A DNA stretch of 64,000 nucleotides from the NCBI RefSeq assembly GCF_964194025.1, contig NC_134479.1, positions 41,912,001 to 41,976,000 of the forward strand, written 5' to 3'. This document shows, one piece after another, positions 12,076-24,798 of this stretch. The notes under the pieces are model-generated. The model worked only from the letters and a program-made list of their open reading frames with translations, made no database searches and had not been told where the DNA came from. This DNA is from Convolutriloba macropyga. Its lineage: Eukaryota. The translations under genes and the position numbers were made by a program. Within the stretch, counting starts at the first letter, position 1; each line of letters starts with the position of its first letter.

Positions 12076-13082
12076 TTTTCAAAATCAGCTGGTAGACTTC
12101 CAGAAAATAACCGCAATAGCTTTGTAGATCTGCATTCTCCAAAAGATTTTGCTCTAGTGAAAAACAGCCCAAAATATAAATTTCTTCTGGTCATTAAATG
12201 CTTGGATGTGATTTTTTGATTGAAATTCTGTATTGCTGCGTTTAAATAACCCTCAGAGTGATCTCCTCCGTTTGTGGATCTCTTGCGAATGTTGGATCTC
12301 TTCCGTTTGTCTCCCCCAGCTTAGTGGGCGCATATCATTTGCACCCCCAGACGCAAGTGACATAATTTTGCATAATGATTTACTATGTAATCACACGTGC
12401 TCTATAACTTGGGGAGCATAACAAACTGGGGGGCACAAACAGAAAAGATCCAAAAATTTAGTTAAGAAGTGGGCGACATAAAAGACACAGTGGTGGCGAA
12501 ACAGCATGGACCCCAATTTCTACTGTAAATCTGGTTCAATATCAAACAACGTATGATGTATCGTATAACTTCTAGCCCTCCTCCGCCCCCCAAAAACACT
12601 TAAACTATCATGTAAAACAGGGAAAACCAGGTTTTAGGGGAAAAATTTTGTAACGGGGGGGGGGGGGCGAATAACGTACTGGAGCACAAACGGAAAAGAT
12701 CCATTAAATGTTATGAACCTGTTTAGAAACATTCTTATAGTCAGATCGCAGCCCCAAAACTAGCAGAGGATGAGATCGGACAATCAGTATGTTATACGCC
12801 TCCCAGTTACAAAATGCCTTTCCCTAAAACCTTGGGTCTCCCTGTTATATGCCAACCCACCCACCCCTCCCCCCGCAAAAAATGCTCCCACTAAGCAGCT
12901 CTTTAAAAGCAGCTATTAGAAGCAGTAATACTGATTTTCAATAAAAAAAATCAAAAAATGCCATCCAAGCATTTAATGACCACAAGAAATTTACCTTTTG
13001 GGCTGTTATTCACTATCTTTTGGAAAATGCAGATATACGAAGCTTTTGTGGTTATTTTCTGACAGTATACCAGCTGATTTTG
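12076..13082. mobile_element. Foldback element with ~140-bp diverged inverted arms and MITEs nested in the loop
   Basis: CAAAATCAGCTGGTA...GGTCATTAAATGCTTGGATG..TTTTTGATT (12076-12222) is inverted at about 12947-13082. Confidence 0.7.
12294..12451. mobile_element. GGATCT...AGATCC MITE (Merlin-like family)
   Basis: TIRs GGATCTCTTCCGTTTGT / ACAAACAGAAAAGATCC; body shared with 40183-40375 and 49935-50058. Confidence 0.7.
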
Positions 13083-13960
13083 TTGACTTTGTCTGTACCG
13101 AGAATTTTTTTCAACGATCAAAAGCTCTTTATTGGAGCATATCGAAGCTAATATACTGATTTGAATGTGGTACCAGTTGTTTTCAGAAAAAAATAAACTC
13201 AAAATTTTGTCATATTTGTTTTCAATATTGACGTGTCACTTATTTTTTTGTTAACTGGTCATACGGGATTTTTATGATATCAATTGAGATAAATCTGCAA
13301 GTTTAGGTCTGAAAGTTTTCACTCATATCTAACTGTTTTCATTACTTTGTCACGACTTAGTAAATTTTTTTTGTTTTTGGATTTTGCCCCCTTTTTGAGC
13401 TTTTTTGTAGTTTTTTGTGTACTGTCACAGTCTCTTTTTGTAACAACGATAGGTCTCATTAGTCGTTTTCAGGTATGTTTGATATTAACTAATTATATCG
13501 GTTCAAAACCAAAGGTTCTTACGTCTTTACACAACACGTTTGCAAAACTTTATCATTGACTTTTTGATTGCTACGAGTTTTTGTAGTTGTTCATGTAGTT
13601 TTGTGACATATTGTCACTGAAGACAGATTTTATAGGCTAACCAATGAGTTTTTCTACTCTATTTAGTTCCTTTTGAAATCTAACAGTTATAACATTTTTG
13701 ATACAACTTGTTTTTAAATCCAATTAGAAACTTTTTAGATTTTTACTTGCTATTAAATGAAGTTTGAAACAACTATTGTAAACATGGAATTCTAAGTTAG
13801 GCAAATTTTGGTTGACGCTTTTTCCATTTATGTTCTAGAACCATCTGTGACCTCTTTAGTGATTTTTTAACACTTTTATCTTCTTTTTTGAGTGACCTAA
13901 ATTGCTCTTGTTTTGAAATCAAGTTCTGTGCAAAAAGTTTGTGAGCGAAAGCAAGTTGAA

Positions 13961-14033
13961 GCCATTATAGCTAAGTAGTAAAGATGACAGACTGCCAACA
14001 AGAAGTGCCGGGGTTTGAATTCCCATGGGGGCA
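13961..14033 (+). mobile_element. Degenerate tRNA-derived sequence (GCC in the anticodon position), probable SINE head; copy at 16356-16428
   Basis: A-box-like TAGCTAAGTAG, loop CTGCCAA, B-box-like GGTTTGAATTCC; imperfect stems, so not a functional tRNA. Confidence 0.55.
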
Positions 14034-14485
14034 TTGTCAAACATTTCTAAGGTACACCCGCTCTAACTAAATTAACCCCGCCTGTCGTTCAAGAGCAGTT
14101 CATTCGACCTTAGTTGGTTCATTTTTCTTTTTTTTTCAAATTGCATCGGTTGCCCTGTCACCAGAATCAAGGCCGATAGATCTCGTTTGATTACTAATGA
14201 AAAATGATTAAATGCATCTACGGATTTGAGTTTAAAGCTGATGATTTTATTGGCTTCGATACCTTGTACATCAAATATAACTCAACAATGCTATCTACTT
14301 TTTTTAAAGTTCTAAATCTTTACATTTAAGGCACCTAACCACGGGTTTCGGCCAAAAATCATGTCCGACAGGAGGATTGGGTTAGCGCAAATATCGGGTA
14401 GTAAGTATTCCAAAGCTTAAATTGTTGAAATACGGGGACAACAAATTATGAGTTATGCTCACTATCCAGTAGAAAAAATTTTTCC

Positions 14486-14652
14486 GGATCTATTCTGTTT
14501 TGGCCCTCAGTTTTTTACGCCCCCAATTACAGTTTATAGGTTGTTATATAGCACTTTACTATGTAAAAAATAATATAGCACGTGCTCCTGGGGGCGTAAA
14601 AGATACAAGCCCACTGAGTTGCGGGGGGGGGGGGGCAAAACAGGATAGATCC
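14486..14652. mobile_element. GGATCT...AGATCC MITE (Merlin-like); duplicate at 16876-17043
   Basis: TIR GGATCTATTCTGTTTTG / CAAAACAG(G/A)ATAGATCC; the copy at 16876 is flanked by ACTTTTCC / GCTTTTTC (6/8 match). Confidence 0.75.
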
Positions 14653-17600
14653 GCTTTTTCTTAACAATATCATAAACTGTTGAATGTTAAAAAAAACCCT
14701 GGAAAAAGTATTGAATGTCGCGTTATAGCTACATCTGATTTTACATGATTAAGAAATTGTCGCAATTTTGCTGTAGTTTCAGTGAAACAATGACTAATCG
14801 TTAAAAAATACCAGGCGGAAAACTTGAAAAAAATTTGTCACTCTTATAAACGCATTACGTCAACAAAGTCGCACGTCGCTGTTTGGCTGATGTCAACCTA
14901 TAATTTTCCGCTTCCTAACTTCTTGAGTGGGCGAGACTGGCTACTGATTCCAAGTGCAGCTCAACTTGGTCGCATTCCACATAAAAACAATCGATTACAA
15001 ATGTTTTATGGCGCTATTTTTACATAAAATTTTGCGCTGTAATTTGAGCCAATCAGATTGATTGCCCTATGAAAATTAAGCAATTCCGCTATAAATCGTG
15101 CTATTTTTTATAGCGCAATGACCATGTCATAGCGGCCCGTGGGACTTGATATGAATCTATCACAACCGAACAAAATATCACAACTGAACATGTTATATGC
15201 TGTATTTTAAATGAGCGCTCGAATCTGATTAGCCAATACTCAACTTGAATAATTTAATTTTCGATCTATTGTCCCAATTTTTGCTTTCGATCTGTTGTCT
15301 TTCGATCTATTGTCCTATCATCTTACTTTTTAGCTATATCTTCCTGTTTACCGAGCTCTTATATATGATAACTTTGTGGTCATATTAAATTATAGTGAGT
15401 TCTGCACTTTCATTGAACGTTTAGCCTCCGACTCATTTACCAGAATGAGATATCATTCTGAGAATAATTGTGTTCAAAATTTATTGTTAAAATACTGCAG
15501 AGTTGCTGTTTCAAAGCTGAACATGTTTTTCAAGTCAATGCTTTGATAGAATGGATAAATCCCGCGAGATCTGAATTGAGGAACAGTTAAAATATCCCTG
15601 ATGATTGATAAATTTGAAATCTTGCAAGAATCTTATTTTTTTGTTAACTGGTCATACGGGATTTTTATGATATCAATTGAGATAAATCTGCAAGTTTAAG
15701 TCTGAAAGTTTTCATTCATATCTAACTGTTTTCATTACTTTGTCACGACTTAGTAAAATTTTTTTGTTTTTGGATTTTGCCCCCTTTTTGAGCTTTTTTG
15801 TAGTTTTTTGTGTACTGTCACAGTCTCTTTTTGTAACAATGATAGGTCTCATTAGTCGTTTTCAGGTATGTTTGATATTAACTAATTATATCGGTTCAAA
15901 ACCAAAGGTTCTTACGTCTTTACACAACACGTTTGCAAAAATTTATCATTGACTTTTTGATTGCTACAAGTTTTTGTAGTTGTTCATGTTGTTTTGTGAC
16001 ATATTGTCACTGAAGACAGATTTTATAGGCTAACCAATGAGTTTTTCTACTCTATTTAGTTCCTTTTGAAATCTAACAGTTATAACATTTTTGATACAAC
16101 TTGTTTTTAAATCCAATTAGAAACTTTATAGATTTTTACTTGCTTTTAAAAGAAGTTTGAAACAATTATTGTAAACATGGAATTCTAAGTTAAGCAAATT
16201 TTGGTTGACGCTTTTTGCGTTTATGTTCTAGAACAATCTTTGACTTCTTTAGTGATTTTTGAACACTTTTATCTTCTTTTGTGAGTGACCTAAATTGCTC
16301 TTGTTTTAAAATCAAGTTCTCTGCAAAAAGTGTTTGTGAGCGAAAGCAAATTGAAGTCATTATAGCTAAGTAGTAAAGATGACAGACTGCCAACCAGAAG
16401 TGCCGGGGTTTGAATTCCCATGGGGGCATTATCAAACATTTCTAAGGTACACCCGCTCTAACTAAATTAACCCCGCCTGTCTTTCAAGAGCAGTTCATTC
16501 GACGTCAGTTGGTTCATTTTCCCTTTTTTTCAAATTGCATCGGTTGCCCTGTCGCCAGAATCAAGGCCGATAGATCTCGTTTGACTACTAATGAAAAATG
16601 ATTAAATCCATCTACGGATTTGAGTTTAAAGCTGATGATTTTATTGGTTTTGATACCTTGTACATCAAATATAACTCAACAATGCTATCCACTTTTTTTA
16701 AGTTCTAAATCTTTACATTTAAGGCACCTAACCACGGGTTTCGGCCAAAAATCATGTCCGACAGGAGGATTGGGTCAGAGCAAATATCGGGTAGTAAGTA
16801 GTCCAAAGCTTAAGTTGTTGAAATACGGGGACAACAAATTATGAGTTATGCTCGCTATCCAGTAGAAACTTTTCCGGATCTATTCTGTTTTGGCCCTCAG
16901 TTTTTTACGCCCCCAATTACAGTTTAAAGGTTGTTATATAGCACTTTACTATGTAAAAAATAATATAGCACGTGCTCCTGGGGGCGTAAAAGATACAAGC
17001 CCACTGAGTTGCGGGGGGGGGGGGGGCAAAACAGAATAGATCCGCTTTTTCTTAACAATAACATTAACTGTTGAATGTTAAAAAAACCCTGGAAAAAGTA
17101 TTGAATGTCGCGTTATAGCTACATCTGATTTTACATGTTTAAGAAATTGTCGCAATTTTGCTGTAGTTTCAGTGAAACAATGACTAATCGTTAAAAATAC
17201 CAGGCGGAAAACTTGAAAAAAATTTGGCACTTATAAACGCATTACGTCAACAAAGTTGCACGTCGCTGTTTGACTGATGTCAAACAATAATTTTCCGCTT
17301 CCTAACTTCTTGAGTGGGCGAGACTGGCTACTGATTCCAAGTGCAGCTCAACTTGGTCGCACCCCAAATAAAAACAATTGATTACAAATGTTTTATGGCG
17401 CTATTTTTACATAATATTTTGTGCTGTAATTTGACCCAATCAGATTGATTGCCCGATGAAAATTAAGCAATTCCGCTCTAAATCGATCTACTTTAATCGA
17501 TATGTCATTGCGGCCCCGTGGGACTTGATATGAATCTATCACAACCGAACAAAATATCACAACTGAACATGTTATATGCTGTATTTTAAATGAGCGCTCG

Positions 17601-18309
17601 AATCTGATTGGCCAATACTCAACTTGAATAATTTAATTTTCGATCTATTGTCCGAATTTTTGCTTTCGATCTGTTGTCTTTCGATCTTTTGTCCTAGTAC
17701 CCTAATTTTTAGCTATATCTTCATGTTTACCGAGCTCTTATTTATGATAACTTGGTGGTCATATAAAATACTGCAGAGCTGCTGTTTCAGAGCTGAACAT
17801 GTTTTTCAAGTTAATGCTTTGATAGAACGGATAAATCCCGCAAGATCTGAACTGAGGAACAGTTAAAACATCCCTGGTGATTGATAAATTTAAAATCTTG
17901 CAAGAATCTTGCGAAATCTTCCTTTTTGCTTGCAAGATTCTTGCAAGAATTGAATCCACGATTCTGAATATTCGGCAAGATATCAACAGAAAAAGGCAAT
18001 TATTTTGAATTCAAACAGATAAATCAAAGCGAATACAAAATGATCAATAAAAAGGAAATGAATTTACAATGGCATATATCAAAAATACTCTAAAAAAAAT
18101 AGAAAATTGTCAAATTAAATAGCAACAGACATTCACGTGTATAGTAAGAGTTCATCGATTATGAGAAACAAGCGTTGAAGCAGTGATTATAACACAAATT
18201 AATAAACCGAATCTAAAGTTGGCACATGTATCTCCTTTGAGAACCCTTTGAGTTATATTTTTACCCAACATAATTAATTGAAACTTATAATTTTCCTTAG
18301 TGAAATACT

Positions 18310-18496
18310 AATTCTTAGCTTTAGCATCCAAACATTAGCAGCCTTAGCTTTAGCTTCTTGGCACCTAAATTGTGACCACGTTTAGTGTTAGGGAGTCTAA
18401 AGAAGCAGCTACTGTGTGAAATTGAACCAGTACTGGATTCGAACCAGCATCTCTTAATTGCAAGCCTAGTGTGCCGCCCATTTACACCTACTGGTT
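18310..18496 (-). mobile_element. tRNA-derived SINE-like element (cloverleaf head 18424-18496 with TGC in the anticodon position; GCTAAA/GCTAAG-repeat tail)
   Basis: Perfect 7-bp acceptor stem AACCAGT/ACTGGTT, D-stem GTGT/GCAC, T-arm GCTGG TTCGAAT CCAGT. The anticodon stem is broken, A replaces U at position 8 and there is no G3:U70, so a genuine tRNA-Ala is unlikely. Confidence 0.6.
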
Positions 18497-21400
18497 ACAA
18501 CCGTTCTCACGTTCTTTCTTTTTCCTCAAAGGCCTCATTTCCTTGGCCAAGTATACATCTTTTCAACAATTTACATTAGTTTGTTTTCTCTCTCAACCTT
18601 CTAACACTTATTGATGCAAAACAACAATTAGTTTTGCAGAAAAAAAACATTTTTTTATAACTGTTTTTTATAACGGAGAACTTCAATAAAATTCCCTCAA
18701 GTCTCTTTTTGACTGATGATGGACAGAGGTTTTTCAAGGATTTTCACGATAAATGCAATTTGGATAGAATTAAGATTCAGGGTGGTATGCCGATCAATGA
18801 TTTTTTGAAAACCAAAGCTACATTGTAGGTTGATAAAAGAAGGAACCAAAAGCGAAGCAAACAACAATTGATTGGAGCGCAGAAAAGGTACACGAGAAAA
18901 ATTTGTCTGCTAACTGTAAAATTAATAAATGCATGATGAACCAAACATTTACCGACAGTTTTCTGAATCTGTATGCTTTTTAATTCTAACGACATTATAG
19001 ATTTGTGTATTTTTGAGTAAATGTTTGATTGGCCGACCCCTGCATTTTTGCGAATATATAGCAAAATTAAAGGTGGTTTTAGCGACTACTTATATAGCGG
19101 CTAAATCGTGCTTTGGCTGTTGTTCAGAATTTACACCACGGATAGAATATTTTGTTTTGAATTGCTATACACAACTAACCCTTTAAACCAACTACCTGTC
19201 AATTTCATATTCAAAAAAGTTATTTCTGTGGAATAAACAAAGGAAAGAATGACAATATGTGGTTAAAAACATTAAGAAATTCCTACGGTTTTAAAGAATA
19301 GTGATTTCCTAATTCTAAATTTTCAAGAAAATATGTTAAAGACCGCCACCAACAACAATGTCTCACAATGTCTCACTAATTATGACAATTCTAATCTCCA
19401 TTAAAGTTTTCTATCCTTTAATTCTCTCTAAGCCAGGAAACAACTCAATTGTTCCGTAAGTCTATCAATTTTCTCTATGATGCGTTTTTCTTGTTTCTGA
19501 TTTCCAATAACTTAATTGCACTGCCCTTTGCCAGGTGTTGGGATAAATCATTTTTATATCACAATTTTTTCGTCATTACATTTATTGTATTTTTTGTGAA
19601 AATATTGGAAAATGGTGGTGTACCATAGCCTATTCTAATTTTTTCAAATATCTGTCCAATTGAAACGATTTTCTGACTATGACCTCAAATTTGATTCGTT
19701 AAAACTTCAAAGTCAAGCCATGTTGCTCCTCCTCACGCCTTGCTGGTGAAGTGTTTGCCTATGAAATTTCGCCTACCAAATTTCAATGTTTTACCGTATA
19801 AGAGCTCCTAGTACGATTAATAATGAAAAAAATTGATTGACTCTTCAGTATTTTAGTTTTCAAAAGTGCTCTCCTATAACAAAACACGCAACTGTCGCCT
19901 AAAATTGCTTATCCCAATACGCTTCAAGGTTATCATGCTAGAAATTTCTGGGTTCGTTCAAAAGGGTTTTCAAACGGGCATAAAGTCAGGATGCATACCC
20001 CTTGGTTTCAAGATAAAACGATTTGATATAATAGTTTCATGATAATCAATGTACCCTGCTCGATGAAACTATATGTTGTTGTTGCAAAAATTTTCCTTGC
20101 GGCAAAACATGGTAATATACTTCCCAGAAGCACAAAATTGTCGCTTCATATATTGGGATAATGAGGTTGTTTTCTAGATGTCCCTATAAGGCTTAGAAAG
20201 CCAATCCAACAATTTCTTCATTTTAATTTCACTTTGCGTGGATATCCGATTTTGACATGAATCTCAAATGGAATCTAGTACGCTACTTTCAAAAAACAAT
20301 GTTTATAGACTCTAGATAGATTTAGGGACACAAGTTCACAGTTTTTTCTTTTTTTTTCTGAGTTGAAGTTTTTAAGTAGAAACTTCTTTTTGAACTTGTT
20401 TAACTATTATTTTTTTCAAAATACGGGCCCGGATATAAGGATACTCAATAAATTCTCCTCCCTTGGTTTGAGATTTTTGGTTTCCTTCCTTTGTGCTTTC
20501 CTGTACTTTCCCAGTTGATTCAATTTGTCGCCCTTACCATTAACAATTCTTAATTTGATCGGTGCTACCGTTTGCAAGGAAAGATTCAATTGATACAATG
20601 CATAAAAGAAAAAACTACTACCAAACAAACCTGCGTCCCTATGAGTTATAGCAAATTTTGCAGCACAGCACTGAACTATTGAATTACGAGTTTTATCACT
20701 GTGCGAAAATTCTAGTTTTTGTGATAGTGGCTTGGGAAAAGTTTCGGGAACACTTTTTGTCTTGCTCTCAGAGCTATAGTTATTATAGTTTCTCTCTGTT
20801 GTGAAATTTGCATGATGCTACTGTGAATTCCTCTCATTTAAATTTTGCTCAGTTTAAAAGGTTCTAGAACCCCTTTGAACGGGTTTAAACGGAAATTGGT
20901 TCATAATAATGTCCCATTGGAATCATCATAGGTGCCTGTTAATAAATCATAATTTAATTGGATTTTTGTAACAGGAGTAGAATAGTTTCGAGAAAAATGC
21001 CATCAATCGTTTTGGCTCTTTTCAAATGAAATCTTTAGAGTTTTCGCTAACTTAATTTAGTAATTTTTTATTAAGCTATTAGGATCACCACCACAAACAC
21101 ACAAATCATTCTAATACTCATTCTTCCCTATATCAATACGGAACCAACCGAATATGGCCAAAGTTTTTGCTACTGTTAAAATGAAAAAAATTGTCTTTGC
21201 TTTTACAAACAATTCATCTTGGAACGCTTTTGATTGGGAATCATACCGCTGTCAAATATCCCACATCATTTAAAAAAAGGAAAGTAGTTTTTTGTCTTTG
21301 TTACCTTGGAAACTTGAAAACATTTTCACGAAGTGATTCTCGACCAAAACGATAGGGGAAGAGTGGTTAAAAAAATCCAATGATTGCTAGGGGATACATT

Positions 21401-23034
21401 TCCGTCAGTTACTCCAATTTGCAAGTGTTTTGTATCTCCCTCTTGTTACTTTTGATAACAAGTGAATGACACAAATAAGTCAAAAAAATTGGAATACAAT
21501 CTGTCAAGCAGTCAGACTAAAGCCCTTAGATGTTAATGATGACGCTTTGATACATCATCTGCCAAAAAAAAACAATTGACGTAAAAATTTGTCAACTAAG
21601 GGCTACAATGGTTTCCTCTGCTGCATTGAGAACGATCTAAATGGTCAAGCAACAGTTAATTACTCTATATCCTTTATTTCTGAGTTTGAGGTCCCAAAAA
21701 GGTTCTTCCAGGACATGGTACAACAGTTCGAGACTCTTCAAAAAACTCGGAATTCAACCTGTGGACATGTTTGCTCTTATTAAGGTCTTCAGAGTGCAAA
21801 TTATTGGTGCGATAAAAACAGAGAGGTTTGAGGTTACTACGCTACTACGCTGAAAAAAGAGGATGCAAAAACAGTGTACATTTTTCTGGGCCTGGAAAGC
21901 ACAAAGATAACGATGATTACTGAATTCTCATTGTGGGTGCCCAGAAGAGACCAAATTAAACAAAACCTGAGTTTTTCCTTCTGAGGCTCCCAAATCCCAT
22001 CACTGTAAATTTAAACGGCCCTGCGCTGATAGCACTACATTGTCAGAGGTTCTTGGAGATATAATTTTCCGAGTAATTATTTCAGAACAGAACCTGAACT
22101 TGCTCCTGATCTGAGAGATTTTTTTTGATCTATTGTTTATCAGAGAAATTGTTAACGTGATTTGAGATAGGCCAACAGACTACGTAAACACTCAAGCACA
22201 CCGCTCTGTTTTTCATTGTAATTGATTTCCTTAAGAATGTACCTCTAGAATACTCGGGTGCGACCTGAAAACTTTTAATTTAAACCAGCAAAAGATTGAT
22301 ATGAATCTCTTATAAAGCGACATTTAGTCCAGTTTCAAACTATTTAGATTATTATAAGTAGAACAGTTTTATCGTAACTATATCTGATTTCTCACCACCA
22401 CGTGTTTAGTATACTCTTATCGTCATAATACCCCGGAAGTGCAAATTATAGCTGAGAATTTTTTATAAGCAAACCATATTTGTAATCCTTGCGACCCCCA
22501 CTATAAACACTAGTGCCAAGATTAGTTTTGTGTATTGACCTTTTCGCGCTGATTAATTTTTGATCATCATCTTGATCTCAAATCACCATCTTGATCTATT
22601 ATTCAGATCTCTCCAAATTGTAAATATCTAAAGCTCTGCTGTAATCCTTTTGCTATTCTTTCATCTTTGAGAAATTATTTATTTTACTCAGTTAAAAACG
22701 CTTTTAATTCTGCCTGCAAAAGTTCACAACCCAACGTGCTGAGAATTAAAACGAACCTTGCATGATACGGTTTTCGATGATTTTGTGTCACCAACTTAAA
22801 ACTTGTATGTAAAATTCGAATTTCTCTTCCTTGTAATCAATTGATGCTTATGAAAAATATTGGTTTGATCACCGGTTCAATTTGTCGCTCTTGTTAAAGC
22901 TATGATAATCAAGATTCATTAGATTTTACTAACGTCGAACAAATTTAGAGTCCAGGAAGTTTCGTTCAGGAGTGGGGGTGTAAAATTTTTACGCAGATAC
23001 ACAGTCCAAACATAACAAATTACCTTTTAAATCA

Positions 23035-24798
23035 TCAAATAGATTGAAATTGAGTTTCCCACGCGTCATATTTACTCTTCATACCTTTAGCTGATGGTTT
23101 TGTTTTGTCAAGAGCTTGCACAACATCCCCAGTTGTGATTGTCTTCAAAGTGAGCGATTGTGGCAAATCTTTGGCAGATTGGCAATTTTCAAGAACATCA
23201 AAAATATCTCTGACTTTGTCCATAGCAGCCTCTTTGCACACTAACCTTATGTCCGACCCTGAATAACCCTCCGCTTTTTCAGCTAAAGCTTTGTAATCTA
23301 ACTTTGTATGCAATTTCAAGCAGTTATGGCTCGAGTTTTCGTTTAACAAAGAGGGGAGAAATTTTTGAAACATCGAAACACGAGCTTCACAGATCGGCAG
23401 ATCGACTAAGATTCGTTTTTCAAGACGTCGTAACATTGCATGGTCCAGCATCCAGGGTAAATTTGAAGCCGCAAGAAGAAAAACCAAATCATCAGATCTG
23501 GCCAACCCGTCCATTTGCACCAAAAGTTCTGTTTTCATCCGACGACTACCTTCGTGTTCGGTTCCGAAACCCTCTCCTCGTTGACTAATTAAACTCTCCA
23601 ATTCGTCGACAAAAATAGTGCTCGGCGCGTGAAATCTTGCAAGGTCGAACAGGACTCGAACCAACTTCTCCGAATCACCGCGCCATTTTGAAACTATACT
23701 TGAAGCTGAGATGTTGAAAAAGGTAGTATTGCACTCGCTAGCAACCGCTTTGGCAAGAAGAGTTTTCCCAGTTCCGGGCGGGCCGTAAAGAAGCAACCCT
23801 TTCCATGGTGACAGAATTCCCTGGAAAAGCTCAGGGTATTTGATGGGGTAAACTACGGCCTCTTTGACTAACTTTTTAGCGTTGTCCAGACCAATAATAT
23901 CGTCAAATTTGACGCAGGTACTTTCTAAATAGATGTCTTTGCTGATAGATACGGCAAGTTCGCGCATTTCCGAATTGTACCCCGCTAGAGCGCCAACAGG
24001 TTTCAAAAATCTGTCGTCATAATCCGAAGTTGTTTTCTTTGTCATAACATCATTGAAAAAATTCTTATTTGCCGAGTTTGGGTTCGGGTTTTCATGTTGC
24101 CCGTCGCCAAAAATTGCATCTTTTAACAGAGCCCGGTAGTCTATAATTTGTCCAGCTTTAGCCCGGCTTGTTTGGGGTTCATTTTTTGCTGGCACGCCTT
24201 GCACGCTTAAACCCGATAAGTGGTTCGAATTTGAGTGTCCGTTTGTATCTGAAACGCCGTTTTGTTTCAAGTCGTCTTTCGGACTTCGTTTAATGGTCCC
24301 GGCCGACATCTTTTTATCGGAAGCGTTGGGTTTACTTTGAGGTGTAACAGTGTTTGAAACCGCTCTATTTGTAACTGTTGGGTTTTCGGGGGGCTGTTTT
24401 TCACTGGTGGAGGGGCGTTCAATTTTGGGTAAAGGGTTTTGGCTATTCGCAAATGATCTCTTCGCGTTTGTTCGTTTATGCGCGCTTTTTTCATCAACAT
24501 GGTTCGTTCCATTTTTCCGAATAATTCTCGGATGTCTCTGAAATTTGACGTAATAATACGACTCGTATTCTTGAAGAATTGTTTCCAAATCAACGTTGTC
24601 CGCTACTTCAAAAGATTCAAGGGGTAAATTTGTTTCAGAGGCTAACGAGTTTGCAGTTGTTGTAAAACCGGAGTTCTTCAGGTAATCATGCATTAAGATA
24701 ATGACATTTTTGCGCCTTTGGTCGGCTTTCTGTTCTTCGGCCTCCCGAGCTTGGTTCGCTGACCGTAATGACATATAATTGAGCTCAGCAACCGCCAT
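23035..24798 (-). CDS. KATNAL2: Katanin p60 ATPase-containing subunit A-like 2 (LisH + AAA), single coding exon, 587 aa
   Basis: N-terminus ELNYMSLR..QAREAEE..RRKNVIILMHDYL..DNVDLETILQEYESYYYVKFQRHP is characteristic of KATNAL2. It also has ILSPWKGLLLYGPPGTGKT (Walker A), SKWRGDSEK, IFVDE (Walker B) and MLRRLEKR. Confidence 0.96.
   Translation of the reverse strand: MAVAELNYMSLRSANQAREAEEQKADQRRKNVIILMHDYLKNSGFTTTANSLASETNLPLESFEVADNVDLETILQEYESYYYVKFQRHPRIIRKNGTNHVDEKSAHKRTNAKRSFANSQNPLPKIERPSTSEKQPPENPTVTNRAVSNTVTPQSKPNASDKKMSAGTIKRSPKDDLKQNGVSDTNGHSNSNHLSGLSVQGVPAKNEPQTSRAKAGQIIDYRALLKDAIFGDGQHENPNPNSANKNFFNDVMTKKTTSDYDDRFLKPVGALAGYNSEMRELAVSISKDIYLESTCVKFDDIIGLDNAKKLVKEAVVYPIKYPELFQGILSPWKGLLLYGPPGTGKTLLAKAVASECNTTFFNISASSIVSKWRGDSEKLVRVLFDLARFHAPSTIFVDELESLISQRGEGFGTEHEGSRRMKTELLVQMDGLARSDDLVFLLAASNLPWMLDHAMLRRLEKRILVDLPICEARVSMFQKFLPSLLNENSSHNCLKLHTKLDYKALAEKAEGYSGSDIRLVCKEAAMDKVRDIFDVLENCQSAKDLPQSLTLKTITTGDVVQALDKTKPSAKGMKSKYDAWETQFQSI

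Larger units (their letters stand above)
13241..17910. repeat. Tandem duplication of a ~2.4-kb non-coding unit
   Basis: About 13241-15634 repeats at about 15635-17910 (offset 2393, e.g. ORFs at 13347 and 15740), with scattered substitutions and a ~120-bp deletion in copy 2. Confidence 0.92.

Noticed and set aside
18424-18496. Functional tRNA-Ala(TGC) gene (likewise tRNA-Gly at 13961)
   Set aside because: Broken anticodon stem, no U8, no G3:U70; treated as SINE heads
19700-22500. Stretches that look like decayed coding sequence (e.g. 20416-21240 minus, 21589-21853 plus)
   Set aside because: Many stops and no motif I can recognise; needs a frameshift-aware translated search
23304-24593. ORFs overlapping KATNAL2, and similar antisense or alternate-frame ORFs over the CRE element and GST
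   Set aside because: Shadow ORFs of real coding sequence
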